Origin: Escherichia phage vB_EcoS-IME253
Strand: one strand, 5' to 3'
Sequence record: NC_047810.1
Length of the DNA: 46,717 nt
Shown here: piece by piece, positions 8,722-16,881 of the stretch
How positions within the stretch are numbered: the first letter of the stretch is position 1
Layout: the number at the start of each line of letters is the position of its first letter
The notes under the pieces: generated by a model
Databases searched by the model: none
What the model was told of the DNA's origin: nothing
Seen by the model: only the letters and a program-made list of their open reading frames with translations
Program-made: the position numbers and the translations under genes

Positions 8722-9245
8722 TGTTTAATTTAAACGAAGAGAAACTGACGGACGAGCAGATTATGAATATTGCTATCCAGGATGATCTGCCGCCACTGCG
8801 GGTTGCAATCAATGCTAACGGTTATCGTCATGTTCAGCACCTCTGGGGCCAGCCTGATGCATCGGAAGTCTACAGAGATGAAGCGCTGGGAGTTCTGATT
8901 AAGTTGATCAGGAAGATGGCAAGGAACGGAAAGGGAGTGGTGGGTGTCAAGTCTGTACACGAAGCTGCACGTAAGGTTAAGCCGTTCGAGGGTCGAAATG
9001 GAATCATGGCGCGCATTAAGGATGAGCTCATCCCCGCACTCGATAAGATGAATGTTACCTGTCTAATTGGAGATAAGGTTTATGTCCACTCGGCAATCAT
9101 TGATGAGTACTGGCAACCAAACTTCAAAACTTACGAAGGTGAGCACACTAGTAGACTACCATACCACTTGCTGTACAGTGAGGGTGAGGTGGAGATGGCC
9201 GTAGAGTTCTATCGGAAAGCTAAATCACTTCTGAACGGTAAATAG
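8721..9245 (+). CDS. mini-paralog of the 527-aa protein (174 aa; shared N- and C-terminal modules only)
   Basis: N-terminus MFNLNEEKL..LPPLRVAINANGYR and C-terminal NGKGVVG..EAARKVKPFE..CLIGDKVY match 4446..6029; TGATG coupling to the upstream gene. Confidence 0.55.
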   Translation: MFNLNEEKLTDEQIMNIAIQDDLPPLRVAINANGYRHVQHLWGQPDASEVYRDEALGVLIKLIRKMARNGKGVVGVKSVHEAARKVKPFEGRNGIMARIKDELIPALDKMNVTCLIGDKVYVHSAIIDEYWQPNFKTYEGEHTSRLPYHLLYSEGEVEMAVEFYRKAKSLLNGK

Positions 9246-9285
9246 CACGAATTGTTAAACCTTCCGCAAGGCCATTTGATATAGT
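9242..9285 (+). promoter_or_regulatory. palindrome-plus-hexamer element (copy 5)
   Basis: atagcacgaattgttaaa; TATAGT 9280-9285 (22-nt spacer); next ATG 9318. Confidence 0.45.
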
Positions 9286-9317
9286 GGCCTTATTGAAGCA
9301 AAGCAAGAGAGGATTGG

Positions 9318-9548
9318 ATGGAGAGAAATAAATACGAAAGAGAGATTGTCGGGCTTAATGGCGAGCGCGCTATTGTTGATGTGTATCGCACGCTATCAGC
9401 ATTCAACGTTACAGACCCAGCATGTCAGCACGCAATCAAGAAGCTGCTATGTATGGGTTTACGAGGCCACAAAGATGTAATTACTGACCTTGATGATGCA
9501 ATAGACTCACTGAACAAGATGAAAATTTACCTGGAGCAAACGAAATGA
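9318..9548 (+). CDS. hypothetical protein (76 aa)
   Basis: ORF downstream of the element at 9242; RBS gagagg. Confidence 0.45.
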   Translation: MERNKYEREIVGLNGERAIVDVYRTLSAFNVTDPACQHAIKKLLCMGLRGHKDVITDLDDAIDSLNKMKIYLEQTK

Positions 9549-9715
9549 TTAAATTAACAGAAGAAGAGAAAAAGTCGATAGTGATGATTCATGAGATGCT
9601 TTGTAAGGAGCATCAAACGCCAAATTCTCGTATATACGCATGGGAATTGTTTGATGATTATGTAAATCTGGATGCTTTCACATCTGCGGTCAATAAGATT
9701 GAAGAGGGTATTTAA
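9545..9715 (+). CDS. hypothetical small protein (56 aa)
   Basis: ATGA overlap with upstream gene; hand-translated. Confidence 0.3.
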   Translation: MIKLTEEEKKSIVMIHEMLCKEHQTPNSRIYAWELFDDYVNLDAFTSAVNKIEEGI

Positions 9716-9716
9716 A

Positions 9717-9947
9717 ATGATTACAACCAACCTGTCAGAGAAAGACGCATCAATTCTCAAGTCAATGCTTATGACATTTAGTAATTCTCGCTCATCCGAA
9801 CAGGCTCGAGTCGTTAAAGAGACTGTAGCACAAATCAACAATCAGCAGTTCGACGTAAGTGACTTCGAATCATCACGCCAATACGAATCTCTAAGTATTC
9901 AGAATGCTGGCTACCTCACGAACTGGGATAAGGCGACTAACAAATGA
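9717..9947 (+). CDS. hypothetical protein (76 aa from ATG 9717)
   Basis: Internal ATG of the track ORF 9672..9947, directly after the stop of the upstream small ORF. Confidence 0.4.
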   Translation: MITTNLSEKDASILKSMLMTFSNSRSSEQARVVKETVAQINNQQFDVSDFESSRQYESLSIQNAGYLTNWDKATNK

Positions 9948-10081
9948 TTTACGTTCACACATACTACACAGGCAAGTTCAATAGCGTTAAGCATGTTCGC
10001 GTGCACGATAGCTACGATAGCGCAAAGGCGCAATGGCTGGTCCTTGGTGGTGACATTAATTCATATAAAATTGCCGAATAG
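9944..10081 (+). CDS. hypothetical small protein (45 aa)
   Basis: ATGA overlap; in-frame TAG stop is the TAG of the element at 10078. Confidence 0.3.
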   Translation: MIYVHTYYTGKFNSVKHVRVHDSYDSAKAQWLVLGGDINSYKIAE

Positions 10082-10121
10082 CATGAATTGCTAAAACAAC
10101 ATTGGGGTAATTTGATATAGT
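10078..10121 (+). promoter_or_regulatory. palindrome-plus-hexamer element (copy 6)
   Basis: atagcatgaattgctaaa; TATAGT 10116-10121; leader ccccatcgaaacgaa; next ATG 10152. Confidence 0.5.
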
Positions 10122-10151
10122 TACCCCATCGAAACGAACGAGGAAGCAGGA

Positions 10152-10364
10152 ATGAAAATTGAAATTATCGACGTGAATTATGCTGCCAGTGACAACGCCT
10201 TAACTTTAGAAGAATGCGGCTTTAAGGTTGGCGATGTAGTTGAGGTGTCCGGTCACTACCTTTATGGCGAACTTTCAATCCAGGCAATCCGTAAAACTAG
10301 GTTCGTCAATATTGGAAATGAAATCAGTATTAGCGAGCATGAATACAAGGTGGTAGAGAAATGA
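10152..10364 (+). CDS. hypothetical protein (70 aa)
   Basis: ATG after leader ccccatcgaaacgaacgaggaagcagga. Confidence 0.45.
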   Translation: MKIEIIDVNYAASDNALTLEECGFKVGDVVEVSGHYLYGELSIQAIRKTRFVNIGNEISISEHEYKVVEK

Positions 10365-10540
10365 AATTTCAACAAAGCGACCCAAAACTCCAGGCCAACC
10401 ACTTCGACGGCTACGCGACATTCATCATTGCCCAGGCTTGCGGGATGCGTGACGAGCCACAGGTTCACACCATCCACTTAACAGAAGAACAGGCTCGAGA
10501 GTTGGCCTACGAAATTCTAGAGCAATTGAACCGAATTTAA
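10361..10540 (+). CDS. hypothetical small protein (59 aa)
   Basis: ATGA overlap with upstream gene; hand-translated. Confidence 0.3.
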   Translation: MKFQQSDPKLQANHFDGYATFIIAQACGMRDEPQVHTIHLTEEQARELAYEILEQLNRI

Positions 10541-10591
10541 CGAGCCTAAAACGAATTCTAACGAACTATAATTTAAGTAAGGTGATTCATC

Positions 10592-10717
10592 ATGGAAGTA
10601 CAAGAAAGCCCAGTAGAGTGGTGCAGGCGAATGCAGGACGAAGCTAAAACGGGCGAAGAGGCGATGGCTTACTACGAGCTGGCGAAAATGTGGATGGAGC
10701 GGGAGAAGAGACAATGA
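10592..10717 (+). CDS. hypothetical small protein (41 aa)
   Basis: ATG with RBS aaggtg; ATGA overlap with the next small ORF. Confidence 0.3.
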   Translation: MEVQESPVEWCRRMQDEAKTGEEAMAYYELAKMWMEREKRQ

Positions 10718-10851
10718 GCTTCACTGAATATGTTATCGCATGCGAGAGGTTGGTTTTCGATATGAAGACTTTCCACTGGTTCGTCATTAAGGATTTGATT
10801 AAGCCTTATAAGCAGGGCGTGACACCTGAGGCATTTATCAAGAGCTTCTAT
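10714..10851 (+). CDS. hypothetical small protein (45 aa)
   Basis: In-frame TAG stop is the TAG of the variant element at 10848. Confidence 0.3.
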
Positions 10852-10891
10852 AGCACTAAAAGCTAAACGCAGTCGCCACGGATGGCATATA
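10848..10891 (+). promoter_or_regulatory. palindrome-plus-hexamer element (copy 7, variant)
   Basis: atagcactaaaagctaaa; TATAAT 10886-10891 (22-nt spacer); next ATG 10924. Confidence 0.4.
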
Positions 10892-10923
10892 ATTACCCAA
10901 TCAACACAGCGAGAGATTGAGAA

Positions 10924-11160
10924 ATGTTCGGACTAAATGACGCATACTTCAACGCAGTTAAGCGACAGGCTGACAAGCTAAACGATGAGTACAGCAAATT
11001 GGGAGTAAAGAAGAAAGATGATAAGGTTGTGGCTGCACTGATCACACAGGTTTGGGGCCCGGTATCAACACTTATCGCTCGCGATAAATTTGTGTGGATT
11101 GCTGGTTATCGAAAGGGTCGAGTTGGTCATGACGAGAATGGGAATAGCCTTTATGAATAA
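10924..11160 (+). CDS. hypothetical protein (78 aa)
   Basis: ATG after gagagattgagaa leader. Confidence 0.45.
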   Translation: MFGLNDAYFNAVKRQADKLNDEYSKLGVKKKDDKVVAALITQVWGPVSTLIARDKFVWIAGYRKGRVGHDENGNSLYE

Positions 11161-11338
11161 TTGTAAGCACCACTATTACTACGCATACGAGTCGAAAGTG
11201 GAGAAGTCTGACATTGATGGGCTTAAACATGGATGGGCTGACACAACTGCGCCATGTATCTTCGTAGGAATGAAAATGGCATTCTACGTTTGCAGTAAGT
11301 GCTACAATATACTTATCGCGGAGAGGCTAGGTAAATGA
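11153..11338 (+). CDS. small Cys/His-rich protein (61 aa, possible zinc-binding)
   Basis: ATG 11153 overlaps upstream stop (ATGAATAA); C..HH ... C..C pattern. Confidence 0.4.
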   Translation: MNNCKHHYYYAYESKVEKSDIDGLKHGWADTTAPCIFVGMKMAFYVCSKCYNILIAERLGK

Positions 11339-11633
11339 GCGAGTTAACAATCTGGTTTATCGCAGGGCTGATTACTTGGGGTTACTTTTTAATCGCTTAG
11401 ATGGAGATTGTCAAAAAGAGCTTGCATCACTGACCGGAATTACCTAATATTGACCACGTAGAAGACAGCCATCCAAGATGGAACGGCGCACGGAGCGCAC
11501 TACACGGTAAGTCCGTTGCTCATTAAGTAGCGTATGCGGCACACCCTTACGGGACTTGCAAGACCTAGCGCAAATAGGCAGATTAACCGGCTGTATCAGG
11601 CAGCCCCGGAGCCGTAACCGGGACTCATTCAAA

Positions 11634-11711
11634 GCTCTGCTAGCTCAACAGGATAGCAGCAACGACCTTCTAAGTCGTAGGTTACTGGTTCGAATCCAGT
11701 GCGGAGCGCCA
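11634..11711 (+). tRNA. tRNA-Arg (anticodon UCU)
   Basis: Hand-folded cloverleaf: acceptor GCUCUGC/GCGGAGC, D-loop with GG, anticodon stem ACGAC/GUCGU with loop CUUCUAA, T-arm ACUGG-UUCGAAU-CCAGU, discriminator G and encoded CCA. Confidence 0.75.
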
Positions 11712-11726
11712 ATAAAGGAGTTCATT

Positions 11727-11909
11727 ATGTGGGATGTGAAGTTGTCCATTCGCTTAATGGGCCGCTCGTGCAAGAATTGCACTCAAGATTACATCGCGTC
11801 AGTTGCCGCAATCAGCGCTGAGGATGCGGTAGCGAAAGTAAAGGAGTTGTCGGGCGCTGACCCTGATACTCACAAATTCCTGGTAGCTTACGTTCGTGAG
11901 CGAAAGTAA
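11727..11909 (+). CDS. hypothetical small protein (60 aa)
   Basis: ATG 11727 with RBS aaaggag just after the tRNA; followed by terminator. Confidence 0.35.
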   Translation: MWDVKLSIRLMGRSCKNCTQDYIASVAAISAEDAVAKVKELSGADPDTHKFLVAYVRERK

Positions 11910-11951
11910 AAAGTGTTATACCCTCGTTAAGTTTCGTTTCTCTCGTTGTTT

Positions 11952-11976
11952 TAGCCCTCGCTTGAGGGCTTTTTTT
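11952..11976 (+). terminator. rho-independent terminator
   Basis: hairpin agccctc-gctt-gagggct followed by T7. Confidence 0.6.
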
Positions 11977-12056
11977 CGACTGCATGTTGACAATAATATG
12001 TAGGTGCATTAGTATTAACTCATCGGGGCGACCCACTAACCAGAAGGAGATTCAAA

Positions 12057-12260
12057 ATGATGACATTAAAGGCAGTATACAAAGATGGCAGTGAGCAGAT
12101 TATAGAAGTTAAAAGAGTTGGCTACGCTCATGGGTCTAGACTTGTTGACTTCGTTGATTGCGATGGACCCGGCCAGTTCTTCATGGAGGACCGCGTCTTG
12201 TCTGTTTATGTGATGAATTCAGCCGGCAGCACAGTTGGGAAATACCAACTAGCGGAGTGA
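12057..12260 (+). CDS. hypothetical protein (67 aa)
   Basis: RBS aaggag before ATG; followed by terminator. Confidence 0.45.
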   Translation: MMTLKAVYKDGSEQIIEVKRVGYAHGSRLVDFVDCDGPGQFFMEDRVLSVYVMNSAGSTVGKYQLAE

Positions 12261-12270
12261 GTTGCCACCA

Positions 12271-12293
12271 AGCCCCTTAATTGGGGCTTTTTT
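12271..12293 (+). terminator. rho-independent terminator
   Basis: hairpin agcccc-ttaatt-ggggct followed by T6. Confidence 0.6.
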
Positions 12294-12314
12294 ACGCCTG
12301 TAATATGGTATAAT
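12285..12314 (+). promoter_or_regulatory. sigma70-like promoter with extended -10 (TGgTATAAT)
   Basis: TATAAT at 12309-12314 with TG 2 nt upstream; follows terminator and conserved ttttttacgcctgta; upstream of terminase small subunit. Confidence 0.4.
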
Positions 12315-12338
12315 CTACCATCAACAAAGGAGGATTAA

Positions 12339-12845
12339 ATGAGCAAAGCAGCATTAAAGATGGGTGAGGGAAATTTCAAGGCGCTCTACAACAAGAAGTA
12401 TGGCGACATTGCTATGGTGGCAATCAACCGCAAGTACACGCCTGAGGAAGTTTTTGACTTCGCTGTTCGATACTTCTCTTGGGCAGAGAGTGAGGCAATC
12501 AAGGCTATTGAGACGGCAGCATTCCAGGGGGTTGTTGGTGAAAGCCTCGTACATAAACCGCGAGTATTCACCTTGACGGGGCTTGCGCTCTTCATGGGTG
12601 TTAATATCAATAGATTCGCTCGCTGGCGCACTGAGGCTGGATACTCTGATGTTATGGAATTCATTGATAACGTAATCTACGAGCAGAAATACCAACTTGG
12701 CGTTGCAGGCATTATCAACTCCACCATCGTTGGTAAAGAGCTTGGCATTGATAAGCCACAGGAGATTACCATCAGTAATAACTCTACAGCTAACGACGTT
12801 GATAGCATGAAGGAAGCACTGGAATCTGTGATTGGTAAATTATAA
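12339..12845 (+). CDS. terminase small subunit (putative)
   Basis: 168-aa ORF directly upstream of terminase large subunit; RBS aaggagg; promoter-like extended -10 upstream. Confidence 0.55.
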   Translation: MSKAALKMGEGNFKALYNKKYGDIAMVAINRKYTPEEVFDFAVRYFSWAESEAIKAIETAAFQGVVGESLVHKPRVFTLTGLALFMGVNINRFARWRTEAGYSDVMEFIDNVIYEQKYQLGVAGIINSTIVGKELGIDKPQEITISNNSTANDVDSMKEALESVIGKL

Positions 12846-12864
12846 CAATAAGAGGGTATAACAC

Positions 12865-14430
12865 ATGTCTTTAGTATGGGAAGAAATGACCATTCAGGAA
12901 AAGATGGCCGTCAAGGCGATATCAGAACACAGCTTCGAGGGCTTTCTTCGCTGCTGGTTCCAAATCACACAAGGCGAGCGATACATCCCTAACTGGCACC
13001 ACAAATATCTATGCCGAATTATCGACGAGATTATAGCAGGGGAGCGAAAGGACACCATCATCAACATAGCGCCGGGTAGTGGAAAGACGGAAATCGCTTC
13101 AATTCACTTTCCGGCCTACTCTATGGTTAAGTTAAAGAAGGTTCGCAACCTTAACATCTCTTTTGCCGACTCACTGGTTAAGCGCAACTCCAAGCGCGTA
13201 CGTGACCTCATCAAGTCTCAAGAATTTCAGTCACTCTGGCCATGTAAGTTTGGCACTTGCAAAGACGATGAGCTTCAGGTTCTTGATGAGAGTGGCAAGG
13301 TGAGATTTGAGTCAATCTCGAAAGCGGCTGGTGGTCAGATTACTGGTGCTCGAGGTGGGTACATAACTGAAACATATAGCGGCGCGGTTTTGCTGGATGA
13401 TTTTGACAAGCCCGCCGATATGCTATCAGCAGTGTACCGCTCGAATAATCACGTAATGCTAAAGAACACGATTCGCTCACGTCGCGCTAGCTCTGTAAAA
13501 GGAAAGGCGACACCAATAATTTCGATACAGCAGCGACTGCACGTCAATGACTCAACGTATTTCATGATGGAAGGCGGTATGGGTATCGACTTTGACTTGA
13601 TTAAGATACCTGCGCTAGTTACTGAGGATTACATAGATTCGCTTCCTGACTGGATTAAAGAACAGTTTGCGGAAGACGTATTAAGCAGTGAGTGCATTGA
13701 GCGAGATGGCGTAAAGTACTACAGCTACTTTCCTAAAAAGGAGTCAGTAAACGACCTTGTTGCGATGTGGGATAGTGACCCGTACACTTTCCTTAGTCAA
13801 TATCAGCAGGAACCTGTAGCACTAGGTGGAAACCTCATTAATGTGGATTGGTTCCAGCGAATCAGCGATACTTTCAGACCTCCAGCTAAGTATGACTATA
13901 GATTCATCACATGCGATACCGCGATGACTACAAAGAGTTATAGTGACTTCTCTGTGCTTCAACTGTGGGGATATAAGGATGCTAAGATTTACCTTATAGA
14001 CCAGCGTCGAGGCAAATGGGAGGCGCCTGAGTTGGAGGCAGAACTACTGGACTTCGAGAGGAAATCAAGGGCAACCAGTCAGGTAGATGGCATCCTACGA
14101 AAAATCATCATCGAGAAGAAATCATCCGGAATCGGACTTATTCAGTCGGCAGGCAGAGTGATGAGAACGCCGATAGAGCCATACGTACCTGATAACGACA
14201 AGCTAACCAGGGTAATGAGCGCACTGCCACAGATTAAGGCTGGCAATGTAGTTCTTCCAGAATCAGCGCCGTGGTTAAGCGGATTGCTCACGGAGATTGC
14301 AGCTTTTACGGCAGATGATAGCCACAAACACGATGACCAAATTGACTGTCTAACAATGGCAGTAAACCTTGTTCTCAATATCGCAGATGATCCTAAGTCC
14401 AGATTAATGCGCATAGCGGGAATTAAATAG
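12865..14430 (+). CDS. terminase large subunit
   Basis: 521 aa; P-loop-like IAPGSGKTE near N-terminus, acidic nuclease-type C-terminal half; position before portal. Confidence 0.8.
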   Translation: MSLVWEEMTIQEKMAVKAISEHSFEGFLRCWFQITQGERYIPNWHHKYLCRIIDEIIAGERKDTIINIAPGSGKTEIASIHFPAYSMVKLKKVRNLNISFADSLVKRNSKRVRDLIKSQEFQSLWPCKFGTCKDDELQVLDESGKVRFESISKAAGGQITGARGGYITETYSGAVLLDDFDKPADMLSAVYRSNNHVMLKNTIRSRRASSVKGKATPIISIQQRLHVNDSTYFMMEGGMGIDFDLIKIPALVTEDYIDSLPDWIKEQFAEDVLSSECIERDGVKYYSYFPKKESVNDLVAMWDSDPYTFLSQYQQEPVALGGNLINVDWFQRISDTFRPPAKYDYRFITCDTAMTTKSYSDFSVLQLWGYKDAKIYLIDQRRGKWEAPELEAELLDFERKSRATSQVDGILRKIIIEKKSSGIGLIQSAGRVMRTPIEPYVPDNDKLTRVMSALPQIKAGNVVLPESAPWLSGLLTEIAAFTADDSHKHDDQIDCLTMAVNLVLNIADDPKSRLMRIAGIK

Positions 14431-14470
14431 CACTAATTGCTAAACATTGAGGCCACGGATGGCGTATATT
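14427..14470 (+). promoter_or_regulatory. palindrome-plus-hexamer element (copy 8)
   Basis: atagcactaattgctaaa; TATATT 14465-14470 (22-nt spacer); next ATG 14502. Confidence 0.45.
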
Positions 14471-14501
14471 TACCTTACACAAACGAGAGGAGAAAAGACA
14501 A

Positions 14502-14858
14502 ATGGCACGCACTTCAAAGGCTGTATATCTTGGCAACAACGATGATGTGTATTATGGCTTCACCGTAGGTAAGGAATATGAGATTGTATCGTATACTGAT
14601 GATGACCTCATTCTGATCGTTGATGATGATGGCGAATGCCGTGGCATCAATAACGGGGCATTCCACAAGTTCGAACTCTCAGTAACAGAATGCGCAGCCG
14701 CAGCCACTGGCAATAATAAAAGACCGGATCTCAGATATTACATAAACGGGCATGAGGTTGACATGATTGAGTTCGAAAATGTGCGCTATAAGGTGGATCA
14801 GCTTGATGAGGATGGCGTAAAATGCGACACAATAAAGTTCGAGGTAAAATTCGAGTAA
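14502..14858 (+). CDS. hypothetical protein (118 aa) inserted between terminase and portal
   Basis: ATG after element at 14427 and leader caaacgagaggag; followed by terminator. Confidence 0.5.
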   Translation: MARTSKAVYLGNNDDVYYGFTVGKEYEIVSYTDDDLILIVDDDGECRGINNGAFHKFELSVTECAAAATGNNKRPDLRYYINGHEVDMIEFENVRYKVDQLDEDGVKCDTIKFEVKFE

Positions 14859-14878
14859 CCACAAAAGCTATGATAAAC

Positions 14879-14902
14879 TAGCCCCTACATGGGGCTTTTT
14901 TA
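14879..14902 (+). terminator. rho-independent terminator fused to portal RBS
   Basis: hairpin agcccc-tacat-ggggct, T6, then attggagaaaaacATG. Confidence 0.6.
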
Positions 14903-14914
14903 TTGGAGAAAAAC

Positions 14915-16183
14915 ATGGTCAAGACAGACAGCTACGCCAATATCTTTCTCGGCGGTAGTGATGGTAGTGAGATTTACGGGAGCTTGCAGAACCAGGCTCC
15001 TACAATTCTGGCTTCGCTATATGCGGACAATGCTCTGGTGCGTCGAATTATCGACACAATCCCGGAGACAGCATTGGCGGCAGGATTCCATATTGACGGC
15101 ATTGATGACGAACCTGCATTCTGGTCGAGATGGGATGATTTGGAGATGACGCAGAATATCAACGATGCCTGGTCATGGGCCAGATTGTTCGGTGGGGCTG
15201 CTATTGTCGCTATCGTCAAGGACAATAGAGCATTAACAAGCCCCGCCAGGGAAGGCGCTGAGCTTGAAACCGTTCGCGTTTACGACCGCACTCAAGTGAA
15301 AGTTCAGACTCGCGAGGAGAATCCGCGCAACGCACGTTTTGGTAAGCCATTAACCTATCGCATCACAACTAATGAGAGCGATATGTTCTATGATGTTCAT
15401 TACAGCCGCATTCATATCATCGATGGCGAGCGAATCCCTAACGTAATGCGTCGGCAAAATGACGGCTGGGGCCGTAGCGTTCTATCCAGTGACATTCTTG
15501 ACTCAATCAAGGATTACACCAACTGTGAACGACTTGCTACGCAATTACTGAAACGTAAGCAGCAAGCGGTATGGAAAGCCAAAGGTCTGGCTGAACTGTG
15601 TGATGATAGCGAAGGATTTGGTGCAGCAAGATTACGCCTGGCCCAGGTTGACAACAATAGCGGTGTTGGTCAGGCGATTGGCATTGACGCAGAATCTGAA
15701 GAGTACAGCGTTCTAAACTCTGATATTGGCGGCATCGACGCGTTTCTGGATAAGAAGTTCGATAGAATCGTTGCTCTGAGCGGCATTCATGAAATCATCC
15801 TGAAGAACAAGAACGTTGGAGGGGTATCATCAAGCCAGAATACGGCACTGGAGACATTCCACAAGCTGGTTGACCGCAAGCGCAATGCTGAGTTGCTCCC
15901 TATTCTTGAGTTCTTGATCCCGTTCATCGCGAACGCAGAAGAGTGGTCAGTTGAGTTTAATCCGTTGGCTCAGGAATCAAGCAAGGATAAGGCCGAGATT
16001 CTTGAGAAGAACGTAAACAGCATTGCGGCACTAATTGCGGCAGGCGCTATGGATATCGACGAGGCTCGTGATACACTACGAACTATAGCCCCAGAGGTTA
16101 AGATCAATGATGGTTCAGTAGAGACAAAGGTGACAATTAGTGAAACCAGTAACGACCCGTTGGAAGTACCCACAGACAATTGA
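14915..16183 (+). CDS. portal protein
   Basis: About 420 aa, directly after terminase module; ATG 14915 with ggag 6 nt upstream (track start 14903 is TTG). Confidence 0.75.
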   Translation: MVKTDSYANIFLGGSDGSEIYGSLQNQAPTILASLYADNALVRRIIDTIPETALAAGFHIDGIDDEPAFWSRWDDLEMTQNINDAWSWARLFGGAAIVAIVKDNRALTSPAREGAELETVRVYDRTQVKVQTREENPRNARFGKPLTYRITTNESDMFYDVHYSRIHIIDGERIPNVMRRQNDGWGRSVLSSDILDSIKDYTNCERLATQLLKRKQQAVWKAKGLAELCDDSEGFGAARLRLAQVDNNSGVGQAIGIDAESEEYSVLNSDIGGIDAFLDKKFDRIVALSGIHEIILKNKNVGGVSSSQNTALETFHKLVDRKRNAELLPILEFLIPFIANAEEWSVEFNPLAQESSKDKAEILEKNVNSIAALIAAGAMDIDEARDTLRTIAPEVKINDGSVETKVTISETSNDPLEVPTDN

Positions 16184-16868
16184 GAGCCAGGTTAACCGCA
16201 ATCTCAGTATTGCGGTAACTGAGTTAATTTCGGCAATGAGGGAGTCTGCAACAAGGCTTAAAATTGATACTGCAGATGAGCTTGAGGAAGAGGATGGATA
16301 CCTTGACGGGATAATTGCGGCGCTGGTGGCGTCATTTATATCAACCATCCCAGCTATAGGGGCAGCAATATACAGATACAATAGTTCGCAATTTCTTGTT
16401 CTTGCAATCAAGACTGGAGGGAGATCTAATCCTAGCGTTCTAGACCTTGAATTTAACGGAATAGATGGCGATGAGCCGTGGTATAATGATGACCTCAAGA
16501 AGTGGATTTACACCACGGATAAGTCAGCCAGAAAACTGCTAAACAACATCAAGGATGATTTCTTACAGACGGCTGCAACAATACAGAATGGTGACTACGT
16601 TAAGCTATCTGACAGGTACAAAATCTACAGGAAGCGAACAGCAAACATTGCTTCTGGGATTGTTTCAAGCCTAAACTCGACACTCATGAGGCGCAGGCTT
16701 GAGGATGCTGGTGTTAGCCGCTATATCTGTCATGGCATGCTAGATGAGAGGGAGCGCCAATCACACATAGCAAGAGAAGGCCTTAGCTTTAAACTTGGTG
16801 GGGCAGATATATTTCCGGGCCAAGAGTACGGCTGTCGTTGCTGGTCAGTTCCAGATTGGGAATCATAA
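16140..16868 (+). CDS. head morphogenesis protein (Mu F / SPP1 gp7-like), start uncertain
   Basis: Position after portal; track start is GTG overlapping the portal 3-prime end. Confidence 0.5.
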   Translation: MKPVTTRWKYPQTIESQVNRNLSIAVTELISAMRESATRLKIDTADELEEEDGYLDGIIAALVASFISTIPAIGAAIYRYNSSQFLVLAIKTGGRSNPSVLDLEFNGIDGDEPWYNDDLKKWIYTTDKSARKLLNNIKDDFLQTAATIQNGDYVKLSDRYKIYRKRTANIASGIVSSLNSTLMRRRLEDAGVSRYICHGMLDERERQSHIAREGLSFKLGGADIFPGQEYGCRCWSVPDWES

Positions 16869-16881
16869 TAGGAGAGTTTAA

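Noticed and set aside
11470-11633. Possible second tRNA upstream of tRNA-Arg
   Set aside because: A hairpin (cccgg..ccggg) is present but no canonical T-loop (TTCRANT) or matching acceptor stem could be folded by hand.
11444-11909. ORFs 11444..11632 (minus) and the 5-prime part of 11556..11909 (plus)
   Set aside because: They overlap the tRNA-Arg gene and its upstream structured region; only the part from ATG 11727 with its own RBS was retained as a small CDS.
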